64,000 nt of DNA from Candidatus Hydrogenedentota bacterium (lineage in GTDB: Bacteria > Hydrogenedentota > Hydrogenedentia > Hydrogenedentales > SLHB01), in assembly GCA_963674865.2 (NCBI GenBank), contig CAXXYE010000009.1:1472001-1536000 (forward strand). The letters are read 5' to 3'. Position numbers and translations under genes: made by a program. The notes under the pieces are model-generated. The model was given only the letters and a program-made list of their open reading frames with translations, was not told where the DNA came from and did no database searches. Positions 19,078-30,700 of this stretch are shown piece by piece; position 1 is the first letter of the stretch; the number at the start of each line of letters is the position of its first letter.

Positions 19078-19154
19078 GCGGGAATAGCTCAGTTGGCTAG
19101 AGCATCAGCCTTCCAAGCTGAGGGTCGCGGGTTCGAACCCCGTTTCCCGCTCCA
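19078..19154 (+). tRNA. tRNA-Gly(TCC)
   Basis: Anticodon TCC, cloverleaf, CCA. Confidence 0.97.
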
Positions 19155-19167
19155 TGTATTTTCGTGA

Positions 19168-19243
19168 GCCCGCGTAGCTCAGTCGGTAGAGCACCTGCAT
19201 GGTAAGCAGGTGGTCACCAGTTCGATTCTGGTCGTGGGCTCCA
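19168..19243 (+). tRNA. tRNA-Thr(GGT)
   Basis: Anticodon loop ATGGTAA, CCA; canonical thrU-tyrU-glyT-thrT-tuf order. Confidence 0.97.
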
Positions 19244-19340
19244 TTTTTCATATGTATATGTTCGTTCGATAGCAGCGCTTCAAGGGACCACTTGGGTGTA
19301 GGCCGCTGCAGGGCGCACGCATAAGGAGGAAAGACAGGCG

Positions 19341-20534
<1,194 letters not shown>

Positions 20535-20589
20535 GACCACGAAAGAGAGGGCCCGGCCCGACTTGAACGCCGGGTAGTTGTGAAGCATA

Positions 20590-20739
20590 ATGCGCGAGAC
20601 CGTTACTCTGCAGTGCACCGAATGCAAGCGCCGGAATTATATGGCCACCCGCGATAAGCGGAAGAAGCCGGAGCGGCTCGAGCTGAAGAAGTACTGCAGA
20701 TTCGACCGCAAACACACGGTGCACCGGGAAACACGCTAG
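20590..20739 (+). CDS. rpmG: 50S ribosomal protein L33 (49 aa, not in ORF track)
   Basis: [17 protein letters not shown]...[21 protein letters not shown]. Confidence 0.96.
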   Translation: MRETVTLQCTECKRRNYMATRDKRKKPERLELKKYCRFDRKHTVHRETR

Positions 20740-20769
20740 TGCGCGTGGCGCGGTCCCGGGTTTTGCTGC

Positions 20770-20846
20770 AGGTCTGTAGCTCAATCGGCTAGAGCAGCGG
20801 CCTCCAAAGCCGAAGGTTGGGGGTTCGAGTCCCTCCAGGCCTGCCA
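20770..20846 (+). tRNA. tRNA-Trp(CCA)
   Basis: Anticodon loop CTCCAAA, encoded CCA end, usual position before secE. Confidence 0.96.
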
Positions 20847-20890
20847 TTTCTTGTTCTGTTCTCGTTACGTGTTCACAGTGAGAGGAAGCC

Positions 20891-21121
20891 ATGGCGAAGC
20901 AAGGTGTCGCGGTGAACCAGCGGGCAAACCCTTTGCGCCGTGCGAAGGAGTTTTTCCAGGAAGTAAAGGTCGAAATGTCGAAGGTTGCCTGGCCCAGCCG
21001 TGAGGAGTTGAAGCTCAACACCACGGTTGTGCTCATGCTGTTGGGCACCTTGGCTTTGACCGTTGGCGTCTTTGACGTAGTGTTTCAGTTTATCGTGATG
21101 TGGGTTACAAGTCTCGTTTAA
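20891..21121 (+). CDS. secE: Preprotein translocase subunit SecE
   Basis: FFQEVKVEMSKVAWPSREEL plus one TM. Confidence 0.96.
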   Translation: MAKQGVAVNQRANPLRRAKEFFQEVKVEMSKVAWPSREELKLNTTVVLMLLGTLALTVGVFDVVFQFIVMWVTSLV

Positions 21122-21133
21122 GGGAGCCACGAA

Positions 21134-21778
21134 GTGTCGGAAGAACAGACGCCCATAGACGTCCCCGAGGAAGAGGACGACGTAGCCGAGGGCGAGAAGG
21201 CTTCTGAAATGGTCTTCGTTGACCCTGACGACGGGGTCAATCGCCGTTGGTATGCCATTCACGCGCACTCCGGCCAAGAGGGAAATGTCAAGAAGAACCT
21301 CCTGCGCCTGGCGGAACAAGAGAATCTGTCTGATCTCCTTGCCGGCGTGCTTGTTCCTATGGAGGAGGTGGCGGAGATCCGCTCAGGCGAGAAGAAGATC
21401 TCGAAGCGGAAGTTTTTCCCCGGCTACGTGCTGGTCCGTCTTCCCGAACATCCCGAGCGCAATCCCGACCTATGGCACCTGGTGAAGAACACACCAGGCG
21501 TTACCGGATTCATCGGCTCTCGGACGGTGCCCGTGCCCCTTGAGGATGCCGAGGTCAACGCGATTCTGGAAGAGATTCGCGGCGAGCGGGAGCGGCCGAA
21601 GCCCAAGGTCAAGTTCGAGGACGGCGAACGCATTAAGATTATTGACGGCCCCTTCTCGAACTTCATGGGCAATATTGCCGAAGTGAATATCGAGCGGGGC
21701 ACGCTGAAGATTATGGTAGAGATCTTCGAGCGCCTCACGAGTGTTGAAGTGGAATTCTGGCAAGTGGAGAAGATCTAA
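21134..21778 (+). CDS. nusG: Transcription factor NusG
   Basis: [35 protein letters not shown]. Confidence 0.97.
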   Translation: MSEEQTPIDVPEEEDDVAEGEKASEMVFVDPDDGVNRRWYAIHAHSGQEGNVKKNLLRLAEQENLSDLLAGVLVPMEEVAEIRSGEKKISKRKFFPGYVLVRLPEHPERNPDLWHLVKNTPGVTGFIGSRTVPVPLEDAEVNAILEEIRGERERPKPKVKFEDGERIKIIDGPFSNFMGNIAEVNIERGTLKIMVEIFERLTSVEVEFWQVEKI

Positions 21779-21825
21779 ACGGTTGCACGGTTCGTGCACT
21801 GGATTGCACACGGAGAATAGCCCCG

Positions 21826-22257
21826 ATGCCCCCCAAGAAGAGAGAGACAGCCAAAATCAAGCTGCAGTGTCCCGCCGGCCAAGCCAATCCCGCCCCTCCC
21901 GTGGGGCCCGCGCTGGGCCAGCACGGCGTCAATATCATGGACTTCTGCAAACAATTCAATGAACGGACTAAGGACCAGCAGGGACTCATTATCCCTGTCG
22001 TGATCTCGGTGTTCGAAGACCGGAGTTTCAGTTTCATCACCAAGACTCCGCCTGCGGCAGTGCTTCTCAAGCGTGCCGCGAAGCTCGCGAAGGGCTCCGG
22101 CGAACCGAACAAGGAGAAGGTCGGTGCCGTCACGAAGGCCGACGTCAAGGAAATCGCCGAACTGAAGATGAAGGATCTGAACGCGGCGGATGTTGATGCC
22201 GCAATGCGTATGGTAATGGGCACGGCCCGGAGTATGGGCATTCGTGTCGAAGGCTGA
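21826..22257 (+). CDS. rplK: 50S ribosomal protein L11
   Basis: [26 protein letters not shown]. Confidence 0.99.
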   Translation: MPPKKRETAKIKLQCPAGQANPAPPVGPALGQHGVNIMDFCKQFNERTKDQQGLIIPVVISVFEDRSFSFITKTPPAAVLLKRAAKLAKGSGEPNKEKVGAVTKADVKEIAELKMKDLNAADVDAAMRMVMGTARSMGIRVEG

Positions 22258-22318
22258 CGTTATTCCGGGGGAACCAGGCCCCCTTGGGAAAGGTCGGTAG
22301 ACCAGGTATGTGAAAAAA

Positions 22319-22348
22319 GTGGGAGGGCCGTAGAGCCCGTTGGACCAC
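22319..22348 (+). promoter_or_regulatory. L1-binding autoregulatory RNA leader
   Basis: GTGGGAG-hairpin-GACCAC abutting the rplA SD (AGGAGG), the usual L1 operator layout. Confidence 0.7.
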
Positions 22349-22364
22349 AGGAGGCAAGTAGGAA

Positions 22365-23084
22365 ATGGCTCACAGAAGCAAGCGTTACACGGCCGTGCGT
22401 GAGAAAATCGGCCGAGATCAAACCTTCAGTCTAGCTGAGGCCGCGGCAGGCGTCAAAGAATGCGCCACCGCCAAGTTCGACGAAACCATCGAGCTTGCCT
22501 TCTTCCTCGGCGTCGATCCTCGTCATGCGGAACAGATGGTTCGCGGCTCCGTCTCCCTCCCTCATGGTACCGGTAAGTCGGTTCGGGTGGTGGTCTTCTG
22601 CAAACAAGAGGCGCAGCAGGCCGCTGCGCGAGAGGCCGGGGCGGAAGAAGTCGGCGCGGAGGAACTCGTGGCCAAGGTGCAGGGCGGCTGGACCGATTTC
22701 GATGCGGCCGTGGCGGCGCCCGACATGATGCGCGATGTTGGTAAGCTGGGACGCGTGCTCGGGCCCCGCGGTCTAATGCCCAGTCCGAAAGCGGGCACGG
22801 TGACTCCCGATGTCGGCGAGGCTGTGAAGGACATCAAGAAGGGCAAGATCGACTTTCGCGTGGACAAGAACGCAAACATCCACGTGCCGGTTGGAAAGGC
22901 CTCCTTCGCGAAGGAGCAGATTGAGGAAAACGCCGCTGCCGTAATCGAAACCATTGTCCGGGCACGGCCGTCGGCCTGCAAAGGCACCTACCTTAAGTCC
23001 TGTGCCATAAGCAGTACAATGGGGCCGGGATTCAGGCTGGACCCGGCTGTCCTGGTGGCAGGTGTCCGGGGCAGTGGCAGCTAG
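22365..23084 (+). CDS. rplA: 50S ribosomal protein L1
   Basis: [37 protein letters not shown]. Confidence 0.99.
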   Translation: MAHRSKRYTAVREKIGRDQTFSLAEAAAGVKECATAKFDETIELAFFLGVDPRHAEQMVRGSVSLPHGTGKSVRVVVFCKQEAQQAAAREAGAEEVGAEELVAKVQGGWTDFDAAVAAPDMMRDVGKLGRVLGPRGLMPSPKAGTVTPDVGEAVKDIKKGKIDFRVDKNANIHVPVGKASFAKEQIEENAAAVIETIVRARPSACKGTYLKSCAISSTMGPGFRLDPAVLVAGVRGSGS

Positions 23085-23143
23085 TGAAAGACCATCCATC
23101 AGAGACGGTGGATTCATCAATGTCTTAACCTGGAGAACGTGGC

Positions 23144-24313
23144 ATGATCGTTGATGGCAAGAAAGTTCTTTTCACCTCAGAATCGGTAACCGAGGGCCAT
23201 CCCGACAAAGTGGCCGATGCCGTGTCCGATGCCGTCCTCGACGCGATGATCGCGCAGGACCCCACAAGCCGCGTCGCTTGCGAAACACTCATCAAGACCG
23301 GCATATGTGTTGTAGCCGGTGAGATTACATCCAAGGCCAAGGTTGACATTGTCGATGTCGTCCGCGGCGCCATCCGCGATATCGGATACGTTGGGGGAGA
23401 CTCAGGTTTCGACGCCGACACATGCGCCGTTCACGTTGCCATTAGCAAGCAGTCTCCTGATATTTCCCAGGGCGTCACGGCTACCAAGAGCCACGAGCAG
23501 GGCGCCGGCGATCAGGGCATGATGTTTGGTTACGCATGTGACGAGACGCGCGAACTGATGCCCCTTCCCATACTCTTGGCCCACAAACTCGGGCTTCGCC
23601 TCTCCAAACTGCGCCGGAGTGGCGAGATCGACTGGCTTCTTCCTGATGGCAAGTCACAGGTGACGGTCGAGTATTCGGAGGGAAGGCCGGTTCGCATTGA
23701 CACGGTCGTCATCTCGAACCATCACCGGCCGGGCGTGTCGCAGAAAGAAATCCGCAAGCAGGTCATCAAACACGTGTGCGAGCCCATCATCCCGAAGAAG
23801 CTTATCAACGGGCGCGTCAAGTATCACGTGAATCCCACCGGGGCCTTCGAAGTCGGCGGGCCCGTGGGTGATTGCGGCGTCACGGGGCGCAAGATCATCG
23901 TTGATACGTACGGCGGCATGGGGCGCCACGGGGGCGGCGCTTTCAGCGGCAAAGACCCGTCCAAAGTGGACCGCTCCGCGGCCTATATGGCCCGCTATAT
24001 TGCGAAGAACGTCGTGGCCGCCGGCATCGCCGCCCGTTGCGAAGTGCAACTCGCTTACGCTATCGGCGTTGCCGAACCTGTCTCCGTCAACGTCACCACC
24101 TTTGGCACCGGGAAGATCTCCGACGAGAAACTCGGAAAAATCTTGAAGGACCATTTCGATTGTGCCCCGGCACGTATCATCAAGCAGCTTGACTTGCGCA
24201 AGCCCATTTTCCGCAAGACCGTGGCCTACGGTCATTTCGGCCGGACGAATCAAGGCTTCAAATGGGAGAAGACCGACCAGGCCGACGCATTGCGGAGGAA
24301 AGCCGGTTTGTGA
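23144..24313 (+). CDS. metK: S-adenosylmethionine synthetase
   Basis: [28 protein letters not shown]. Confidence 0.99.
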   Translation: MIVDGKKVLFTSESVTEGHPDKVADAVSDAVLDAMIAQDPTSRVACETLIKTGICVVAGEITSKAKVDIVDVVRGAIRDIGYVGGDSGFDADTCAVHVAISKQSPDISQGVTATKSHEQGAGDQGMMFGYACDETRELMPLPILLAHKLGLRLSKLRRSGEIDWLLPDGKSQVTVEYSEGRPVRIDTVVISNHHRPGVSQKEIRKQVIKHVCEPIIPKKLINGRVKYHVNPTGAFEVGGPVGDCGVTGRKIIVDTYGGMGRHGGGAFSGKDPSKVDRSAAYMARYIAKNVVAAGIAARCEVQLAYAIGVAEPVSVNVTTFGTGKISDEKLGKILKDHFDCAPARIIKQLDLRKPIFRKTVAYGHFGRTNQGFKWEKTDQADALRRKAGL

Positions 24314-24340
24314 GTCTCAAGGTAAGACAATCCTAGCATT

Positions 24341-24374
24341 GGCAGGGCGCACGAAAGTGCGCCCTGTTGTTTTT
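24341..24374 (+). terminator. Intrinsic terminator after metK
   Basis: CAGGGCGCAC-GAAA-GTGCGCCCTG followed by TTGTTTTT. Confidence 0.85.
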
Positions 24375-24410
24375 CTGTGTCAACGCGGAAGAGGGGAGTG
24401 TCGCCAAATC

Positions 24411-24563
24411 ATGAAAGTGCAAGACTTCGCGTACCGGGTGGCCCTGCGTACCATCGAGATACTCGAGGAGACGCAACATTACAAAATCCCCGAGGCCACG
24501 CGCAAAGACGTGACTGAGAGGATCCAGCAGGAATTGGACAAGCTGATCCACTCCTCGAATTGA
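24411..24563 (+). CDS. Small hypothetical protein (50 aa)
   Basis: GAGGGGAG SD; MKVQDFAYRVALRTIEILEETQHYKIP..., helical amphipathic composition. Confidence 0.65.
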   Translation: MKVQDFAYRVALRTIEILEETQHYKIPEATRKDVTERIQQELDKLIHSSN

Positions 24564-24851
24564 CAGACTGCCTCCCGCTCGCCCGGGCCGCTGGCATGGA
24601 CGTGACTTCATCGATGCCGCTTTGCGTGGCTTGCGACATTCATCGGCGCCTTGACTCCGAGGCCTTACGGCCGTCCTTGAGACGCCACTGCGGAGACGCT
24701 GGAGGTGCGGCCAGAAAGCCACCGAATGACGGGAACCGACAGTTCTGGGCATTGAAACAAGAGGACTTACGAATGCTTTCTGGCCGCATCCCACCAGGAA
24801 CCGCGCTTTCAGGCCAGACCTCTAAACTCCCCTCGAAAGGAACACGGCTCC

Positions 24852-26336
24852 ATGCTTGAGACCATTGACCTCAAGGCGTCCTTGCACAAGGCAGAGTACA
24901 AAGAGGCGCAGACGGCGCTTGACCTCCGCCTCGCCAAGTTCCAGCGGGACCTGCGCGAGGCCGGTATCCCCGTACTTGTCGCCTTTGAGGGCTGGGACGC
25001 AGCGGGCAAAGGGTCCGTCATGAGTCGCCTCCTCCAGCCCTTGGATCCTCGCGGCTTCACTGTGCACAACATCGGCCCCGCCACCGAAGAAGAGCGCCTG
25101 CGCCCGCCTTTGTGGAGGTTCTGGAACCGGACACCCTCCGATGGAAACATCGCCATTTTCAACCACAGTTGGTACCGAGAGGTATTGCACGAGCGCGTCG
25201 ATGGCGATGTGAAGCGGCGCGACCTGCCCGACGCTTACGAGCGCATCCGCGTTTTCGAACGGCAATTGGCCGATGATGGCGCCGTCATCGTGAAGTTCTT
25301 CCTTCACATCAGCAAGAAGGAGCAGGCGAAGCGGTTCAAAAAACTCAGTGAGGACCCCGCGTTTGCATGGAAGGTAGGTAAGGCCGAGCGCCGTCGTCAT
25401 AAGCAATATGAAGCCTACTACGAAGCCGCGGAGGATATGCTGCGCGAGACGTCCACTCCCCAGGCCCCATGGACGCTTGTACCGGCCTCCGACGACCGCT
25501 TCGCCTGCGTTCAGGTAGGCGAGGCCCTTGCCGCCGCCTTCGGCAAGGCGCTGGATAGGCCGACGGCGCGCAAGCCGGCGAAGGCCAAGCCTTCCCGCCG
25601 CCGTACGAGCCCTTTTGACCGTGTTGACTTGAACTTGGCGCTTCCCGACAAGGAGTACGACAAAGACCTTCCCGAGTTGCAGGGCGAACTGCGCCGTCTA
25701 CAGCACCTTTGCTACGTGCAGCGGACGCCCGTCGTCATCGTTTACGAAGGGTGGGACGCGGCCGGGAAGGGGGGCAACATCCGCCGCGTCGTGCGCGAGT
25801 TGGACCCGCGCGGCTACGAGGTCATCCCCGTGGCCGCGCCGCAGGGAGACGAGCGTACGCACCATTATTTGTGGCGGTTCTGGAGGGAGTTGCCCAAAGC
25901 CGGCCATATCGCGGTGTTCGACCGAAGCTGGTACGGCCGCGTGATGGTTGAGCGCATCGAAGGATTCGCCACGCCCGACGAATGGATGCGCGCCTACCGC
26001 GAGATAAACGAGTTCGAGAAGCAACTTGTCGAGTACGGGACGGTGCTCCTCAAATTCTGGCTGCACATCTCCAAAGAAGAGCAGCTCAAGCGGTTTGAGG
26101 CACGAAAAGCGACGCCCCACAAGCGCTGGAAGATCACCGACGAGGACTGGCGCAACCGCGAGAAATGGGACGCCTACTGGCACGCCGTGTCCGGCATGAT
26201 CGAGCGGACGTCCACCGCCCATGCGCCATGGACCATCGTCGAGGCAAACGACAAACACTACGCCCGTGTGAAGACGCTCCGCGTCGCCGTCGAACGTATC
26301 ACGACGGCCCTGGACGGCGGCAAGAACGCATCATAG
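24852..26336 (+). CDS. pap: Two-domain polyphosphate kinase 2 (class II, polyP:AMP phosphotransferase)
   Basis: Two EGWDAAGKG Walker A motifs, LDPRG twice, DRSWY. Confidence 0.93.
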   Translation: MLETIDLKASLHKAEYKEAQTALDLRLAKFQRDLREAGIPVLVAFEGWDAAGKGSVMSRLLQPLDPRGFTVHNIGPATEEERLRPPLWRFWNRTPSDGNIAIFNHSWYREVLHERVDGDVKRRDLPDAYERIRVFERQLADDGAVIVKFFLHISKKEQAKRFKKLSEDPAFAWKVGKAERRRHKQYEAYYEAAEDMLRETSTPQAPWTLVPASDDRFACVQVGEALAAAFGKALDRPTARKPAKAKPSRRRTSPFDRVDLNLALPDKEYDKDLPELQGELRRLQHLCYVQRTPVVIVYEGWDAAGKGGNIRRVVRELDPRGYEVIPVAAPQGDERTHHYLWRFWRELPKAGHIAVFDRSWYGRVMVERIEGFATPDEWMRAYREINEFEKQLVEYGTVLLKFWLHISKEEQLKRFEARKATPHKRWKITDEDWRNREKWDAYWHAVSGMIERTSTAHAPWTIVEANDKHYARVKTLRVAVERITTALDGGKNAS

Positions 26337-26376
26337 GCCCACCCAAGGCCCGCCGCCCCGAACCTTCATCACATCG

Positions 26377-26405
26377 TTGACTTCACTTCGCAGCTTGGCT
26401 AGAAT
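26377..26405 (+). promoter_or_regulatory. Sigma70 promoter for tRNA-Cys/Leu
   Basis: TTGACT-N17-TAGAAT ending 10 nt before the tRNA. Confidence 0.75.
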
Positions 26406-26415
26406 ACGGCTGGTA

Positions 26416-26491
26416 GGCGGCATAGCCAAATTGGTAAGGCAGAGGCTTGCAAAGCCTTGTACTCCCGGTTCGAGTCCGGGTGCCGCCTCCA
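26416..26491 (+). tRNA. tRNA-Cys(GCA)
   Basis: Anticodon loop TTGCAAA, U73 discriminator, CCA. Confidence 0.95.
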
Positions 26492-26557
26492 TTCCTTTGT
26501 TGGGACACCCTTTACGGGGCGACATTTCGGCCCTGTAGTGAATCTCGGAAGCTCCCC

Positions 26558-26644
26558 GGGCGAGTGGTGGAATTGGCATACACGGCGGACTTAAAATCCG
26601 CTGCCCGGAAGGGATTGAGGGTTCAAGTCCCTCCTCGCCCACCA
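26558..26644 (+). tRNA. tRNA-Leu(TAA)
   Basis: Anticodon loop CTTAAAA, long variable arm, CCA. Confidence 0.96.
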
Positions 26645-26740
26645 TCGAATCCCAACGCTTCCCACGCACAGGATCCGGCCCGGCGATCGACGAAGCCCGG
26701 CGTGAGGGGGACGTCGAAACGACTCTTGGGGGGAAACACG

Positions 26741-27538
26741 ATGCGCCGACTTGGCATCTTCTGCTGGTTTGGTTATGACATTCCCCTTGAGATTCGCCTA
26801 TCTCTGATCAAGGAAGCCGGTTTTCGGACAACCTGTTTGTGGCTAGGACCTGAAGAGGAGCTGGTTGGCCAAGGCCGTGCCGCCTTGATGCCCGACCTTG
26901 CGCGGCAGGCGGGCTTGTCCGTTGACAACGTCCACGCAACGTGCGCCGACTGCAACCACCTCTGGGACGAGTCGGACGGCGACGCACAAGCGGCGCTCTC
27001 GGCGTATGAAGATGCGCTCAGATTCTGCAAGGATCACCGCATCGGCACATGTGTCGTGCACCTCACCAAGGGGCGAACGCTTCCCCGGATGACCCAGAGC
27101 GGCTTGCGGCGTATCGACGAGTTGGTTAGGCACGCGGCGGCACTGGACGTGACACTTGCCATCGAGAACATGCTCGGGCCCGAGCACATCGACCTCGTGC
27201 TGTCCAACATCTGCTCACCTCACCTTGGATTGTGCTATGACTCATCGCATGATTTCCTACAGGGCATGACACGAAGCGCGCTCCTACAGAAATGGGGGGG
27301 GCGGCTCGTCACGACGCATTTCTCGGACAACCATGGCGAGCATGACGACCACCTCTTGCCCGGCGACGGTACGATTAACTGGAATGCTCTAACCAAGAAG
27401 TTCCCCGCCAAGACGTACTCCGGCCCCATCATGCTTGAGGTCCAGGCGAAACAGGCCCATCTGTCACCGGAGGAGTTTCTGCGTTTGGCTCACGAGCGGG
27501 CCAAGCAATTGGAGAGGCTTCTTACCGCATCTCGGTAG
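26741..27538 (+). CDS. Sugar phosphate isomerase/epimerase (xylose-isomerase-like TIM barrel)
   Basis: LAIEN, CYDSSH, HFSDN, DDHLLPGDG, IMLE. Confidence 0.88.
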   Translation: MRRLGIFCWFGYDIPLEIRLSLIKEAGFRTTCLWLGPEEELVGQGRAALMPDLARQAGLSVDNVHATCADCNHLWDESDGDAQAALSAYEDALRFCKDHRIGTCVVHLTKGRTLPRMTQSGLRRIDELVRHAAALDVTLAIENMLGPEHIDLVLSNICSPHLGLCYDSSHDFLQGMTRSALLQKWGGRLVTTHFSDNHGEHDDHLLPGDGTINWNALTKKFPAKTYSGPIMLEVQAKQAHLSPEEFLRLAHERAKQLERLLTASR

Positions 27539-27744
27539 GCCGCATTCCTTCGCTGCCGCACACGCTGGCAATGGGCAGGGCCGCGGTTGGCTTCTGAAAG
27601 AGACTCCTCGTGTAAGCTATTGGTAGGACTGTGTTTGTTTGTTGTCTTCGGCCTCTAACCTTGCTTTATTCCTCCGGGCCTCGTACACTGCCCGCAAGAG
27701 TTCTTCGACCGTTCTTGTTGAGTCACCAAAACGGAGCCCATGGC

Positions 27745-30700
27745 ATGAAATTCCTCCTCACAAGTAAGCTCCTCCGCATCTCGGCTCTACTGACGCTTGC
27801 CATTGCCCTCTGCTCGTGCAGTCACCTGCCGATGCGCCTTCCCGGTGCGCCGGGAGCCCCTGAAAACCTTCGGGCCGAATATCAGGCCAATCCACTTGGC
27901 CTGGAGGCCGCCGCGCCCCGATTCTCGTGGGAGGTGAGTGACTTACGGCGGGGCGCGGTGCAGACGGCCTATCAGATCATCGTGAGCCACGACGGGAAGC
28001 GCCTCTGGAGCAGCGGCAAAGTCGAAAGCGATCAGTCGATTCAGGTGGCTTACGCCGGCCCGTCCCTCGAATCGGCCCAGCGCTATGTCTGGCGCGTGCG
28101 GACATGGGATCGCCATGGCGTGGTGTCCCCCTATTCGGCCCCAGCCTTCTGGGAAATGGGCTTGTTGAAACCGGATGACTGGACGGCAAGCTGGATCGAG
28201 GTGCCGGAGCGTCGAACAGAGAAACACGAGGTGCCCCTCGGCTCCTGGATTTGGTGTCCGGAGTCCGCCAATGGAGGGGAATACGCCTTCTTTCTCAAGA
28301 CCTTCAGGCCGCGAGACGGCAAGAAACTCGTGAAGGCGTTGGTGAAGGTCACTGCCGACGACGAATTTCGCCTCAATATCAACGGACGGCTGGCCACACG
28401 GAATAAGAACTGGCGCACGCTGACCTTCGAGAATGTCACGGACCACCTGGGCCCCGGCTCGAACCTCATCGCGGTGCAAACGCGCGATATTGGGGGGGAT
28501 CGCGGCTTTCTCTTCGGAATGAAGGTCACTTACGAGGACGGCACGGTCGACACGCTCTTGTCCGATGACACATGGCTGAGCAGCGCGAAGGCCGGTGCGG
28601 GATGGGAACGCCCCGGCTATGACGCCTCCTCTTGGGAGCAGGCTGCCATCATCGCCGAGTACGGTGCGGAGCCCTGGGGCCTCGTCGAGGATCGTGAGCC
28701 GCCGAGGTCCGAGTGCTTGCGCAAGGAATTCGACGTTTCGTCAGGCGAAGTCCTGTCGGCCCGAGCCTATGTGAGCGGCTTGGGACTTTACGAGCTTCGG
28801 ATGAACGGCCAGCGCGTCGGGGGCGATACCTTGACGCCGGGCTGGACCCACTTCCCGACGCGCGTTCAGTATCAGACGTACGACGTGACGGACCTGGTGC
28901 GTCAGGGCCACAACGCGGTGGGCGCGGTTCTTGGCAGCGGGTGGTGGGGCAGCAGGATGGCGGGCGACTGGCGCGATTCCAGGCCTCGGCTCATTTGTCA
29001 GATCGACATAGCCTATGCCGGTGGCCGGACGCAACGCATTCTGACGGACGGGACATGGACCGCCCATCCCTCGCCGATCTTGGAAAACTCCCTGTACCAC
29101 GGGGAAATCTACGACGCACGGCTCGAGCAGGCTGGTTGGGATCTGCCCGGCTTTGACGATAGCGCTTGGTCGCGCGTAACACCCTTTGCTGGAGACTCGG
29201 GCCGTCTGGTGGCCCAGGCCTGCCCGCCGATCCGAGTGACGAAGCAGCTCGAAGCCGGTGCCGTAACTGAACCAAGCCCAGGGGTTTATGTTTTCGACTT
29301 CGGGCAGAACCATGCCGGGCGGTGCAGGTTGAGCGTCGCGGGACCAAGGGGGACGCATGTCAGAATCCGTCACGCCGAGATCCTGAATCCCGATGGCACC
29401 ATCTACACGGAGAACTACCGAAGTGCTCGGGTGACCGACACCTACATTCTCAAAGGCGACGGGCTAGAAGTCTACGAGCCCTGCTTCACCTACCGCGGAT
29501 TCCGCTACGCTGAAGTCACCGGCTACCCGGGCGTGCCCGCCCGAGACGCGCTTGTGTCACAGGTGCTGCACAGCAGTGTTGCGCCCGCGGGCTCGTTCAC
29601 ATGCTCCGACACGCTTATCAACCAGATCCAGCACAACACCATCTGGGGGCAGTTATCGAACCTTCATTCCGTGCCGACGGACTGCCCTCAGCGCGATGAG
29701 CGCCTTGGCTGGACGGGCGACGCCCAGATCTTCGCCCCAACCGCCTGTTGGAACATGGATATGGCCCGTTTCTTCACCAAATGGATGCGCGATATCACCG
29801 ATTCCCAGGATCCGGATGGAACAGTCAAGAACATTAATCCGACACTCATCAGTAAGCCCGCCTCCCCTGGCTGGGGGGACGCGATAACGGTTATTCCCTG
29901 GACGGTTTACACCTTCTACGGAGATACCCGCGTTATTGAGGAGAGCTATGAGGGGATGAAGGGTTGGGTCGAGTACATGCGCCGCGCCGCGGTGGACGGC
30001 GTCCTGTATGAACGGGAAGGGTACAGCGATTGGGTGGCGGTCGTGCCCTCACCCCGAAAGCCCATCGGGGCAGCCTACTATTACTACTCCACGAAGTTGC
30101 TGGCGCGTATGGCCCGCGCCGTTGGCCGCGACGACGACGCGCGCGAGTACGATGACCTGGCCGGCCGTATCGCGGGAGCTTTCAACAAGGCCTATCTCGG
30201 CGAGGATGATAATTACCCGCAGGCTACCCAGACGGCGAATATTCTGCCGTTACACTTCGGAATCGTGCCCCCGGCGCACCGGGCCGGCGTCGTTGCCAAC
30301 CTTGTCAAGGACATTTCCGAGCGCGATTTCCACCTGTCCACGGGCTTTCTGGGGACGCCGTACCTTCTTGGCACGTTGTCTGAAAACGGCGCCCACGATG
30401 TGGCGTGGCGTGTCGCATGCCAGAGGACCTATCCCTCGTGGGGATACATGGTGGATAACGGCGCCACCACCATCTGGGAGCGGTGGAACGGCAACCGGAT
30501 TGACGAAGTGGGTGCCGGGATGAACTCCTTCAACCACTTCGCCTTTGGGGCCGTTGGCCAATGGTTCTACGAAGCCCTGGCCGGTATCAACCCGGATCCC
30601 GAAAGTCCCGGATTCAAGCACTTCATCGTTCGACCGCGCCCGGCCGAAGGGCTCTCCTCGGCCTCGGCGACCTTCAAGTCAATGCATGGCCTTATTGAGT

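Noticed and set aside
23085..23143. Canonical SAM-I riboswitch or L10 leader
   Set aside because: Too short; lacks the GGGAC/GCCC, GCAAC and GTGC core of SAM-I, and no rplJ follows
26558..26740. Integrative element at tRNA-Leu
   Set aside because: No integrase, and I found no duplicated tRNA 3' end in the window
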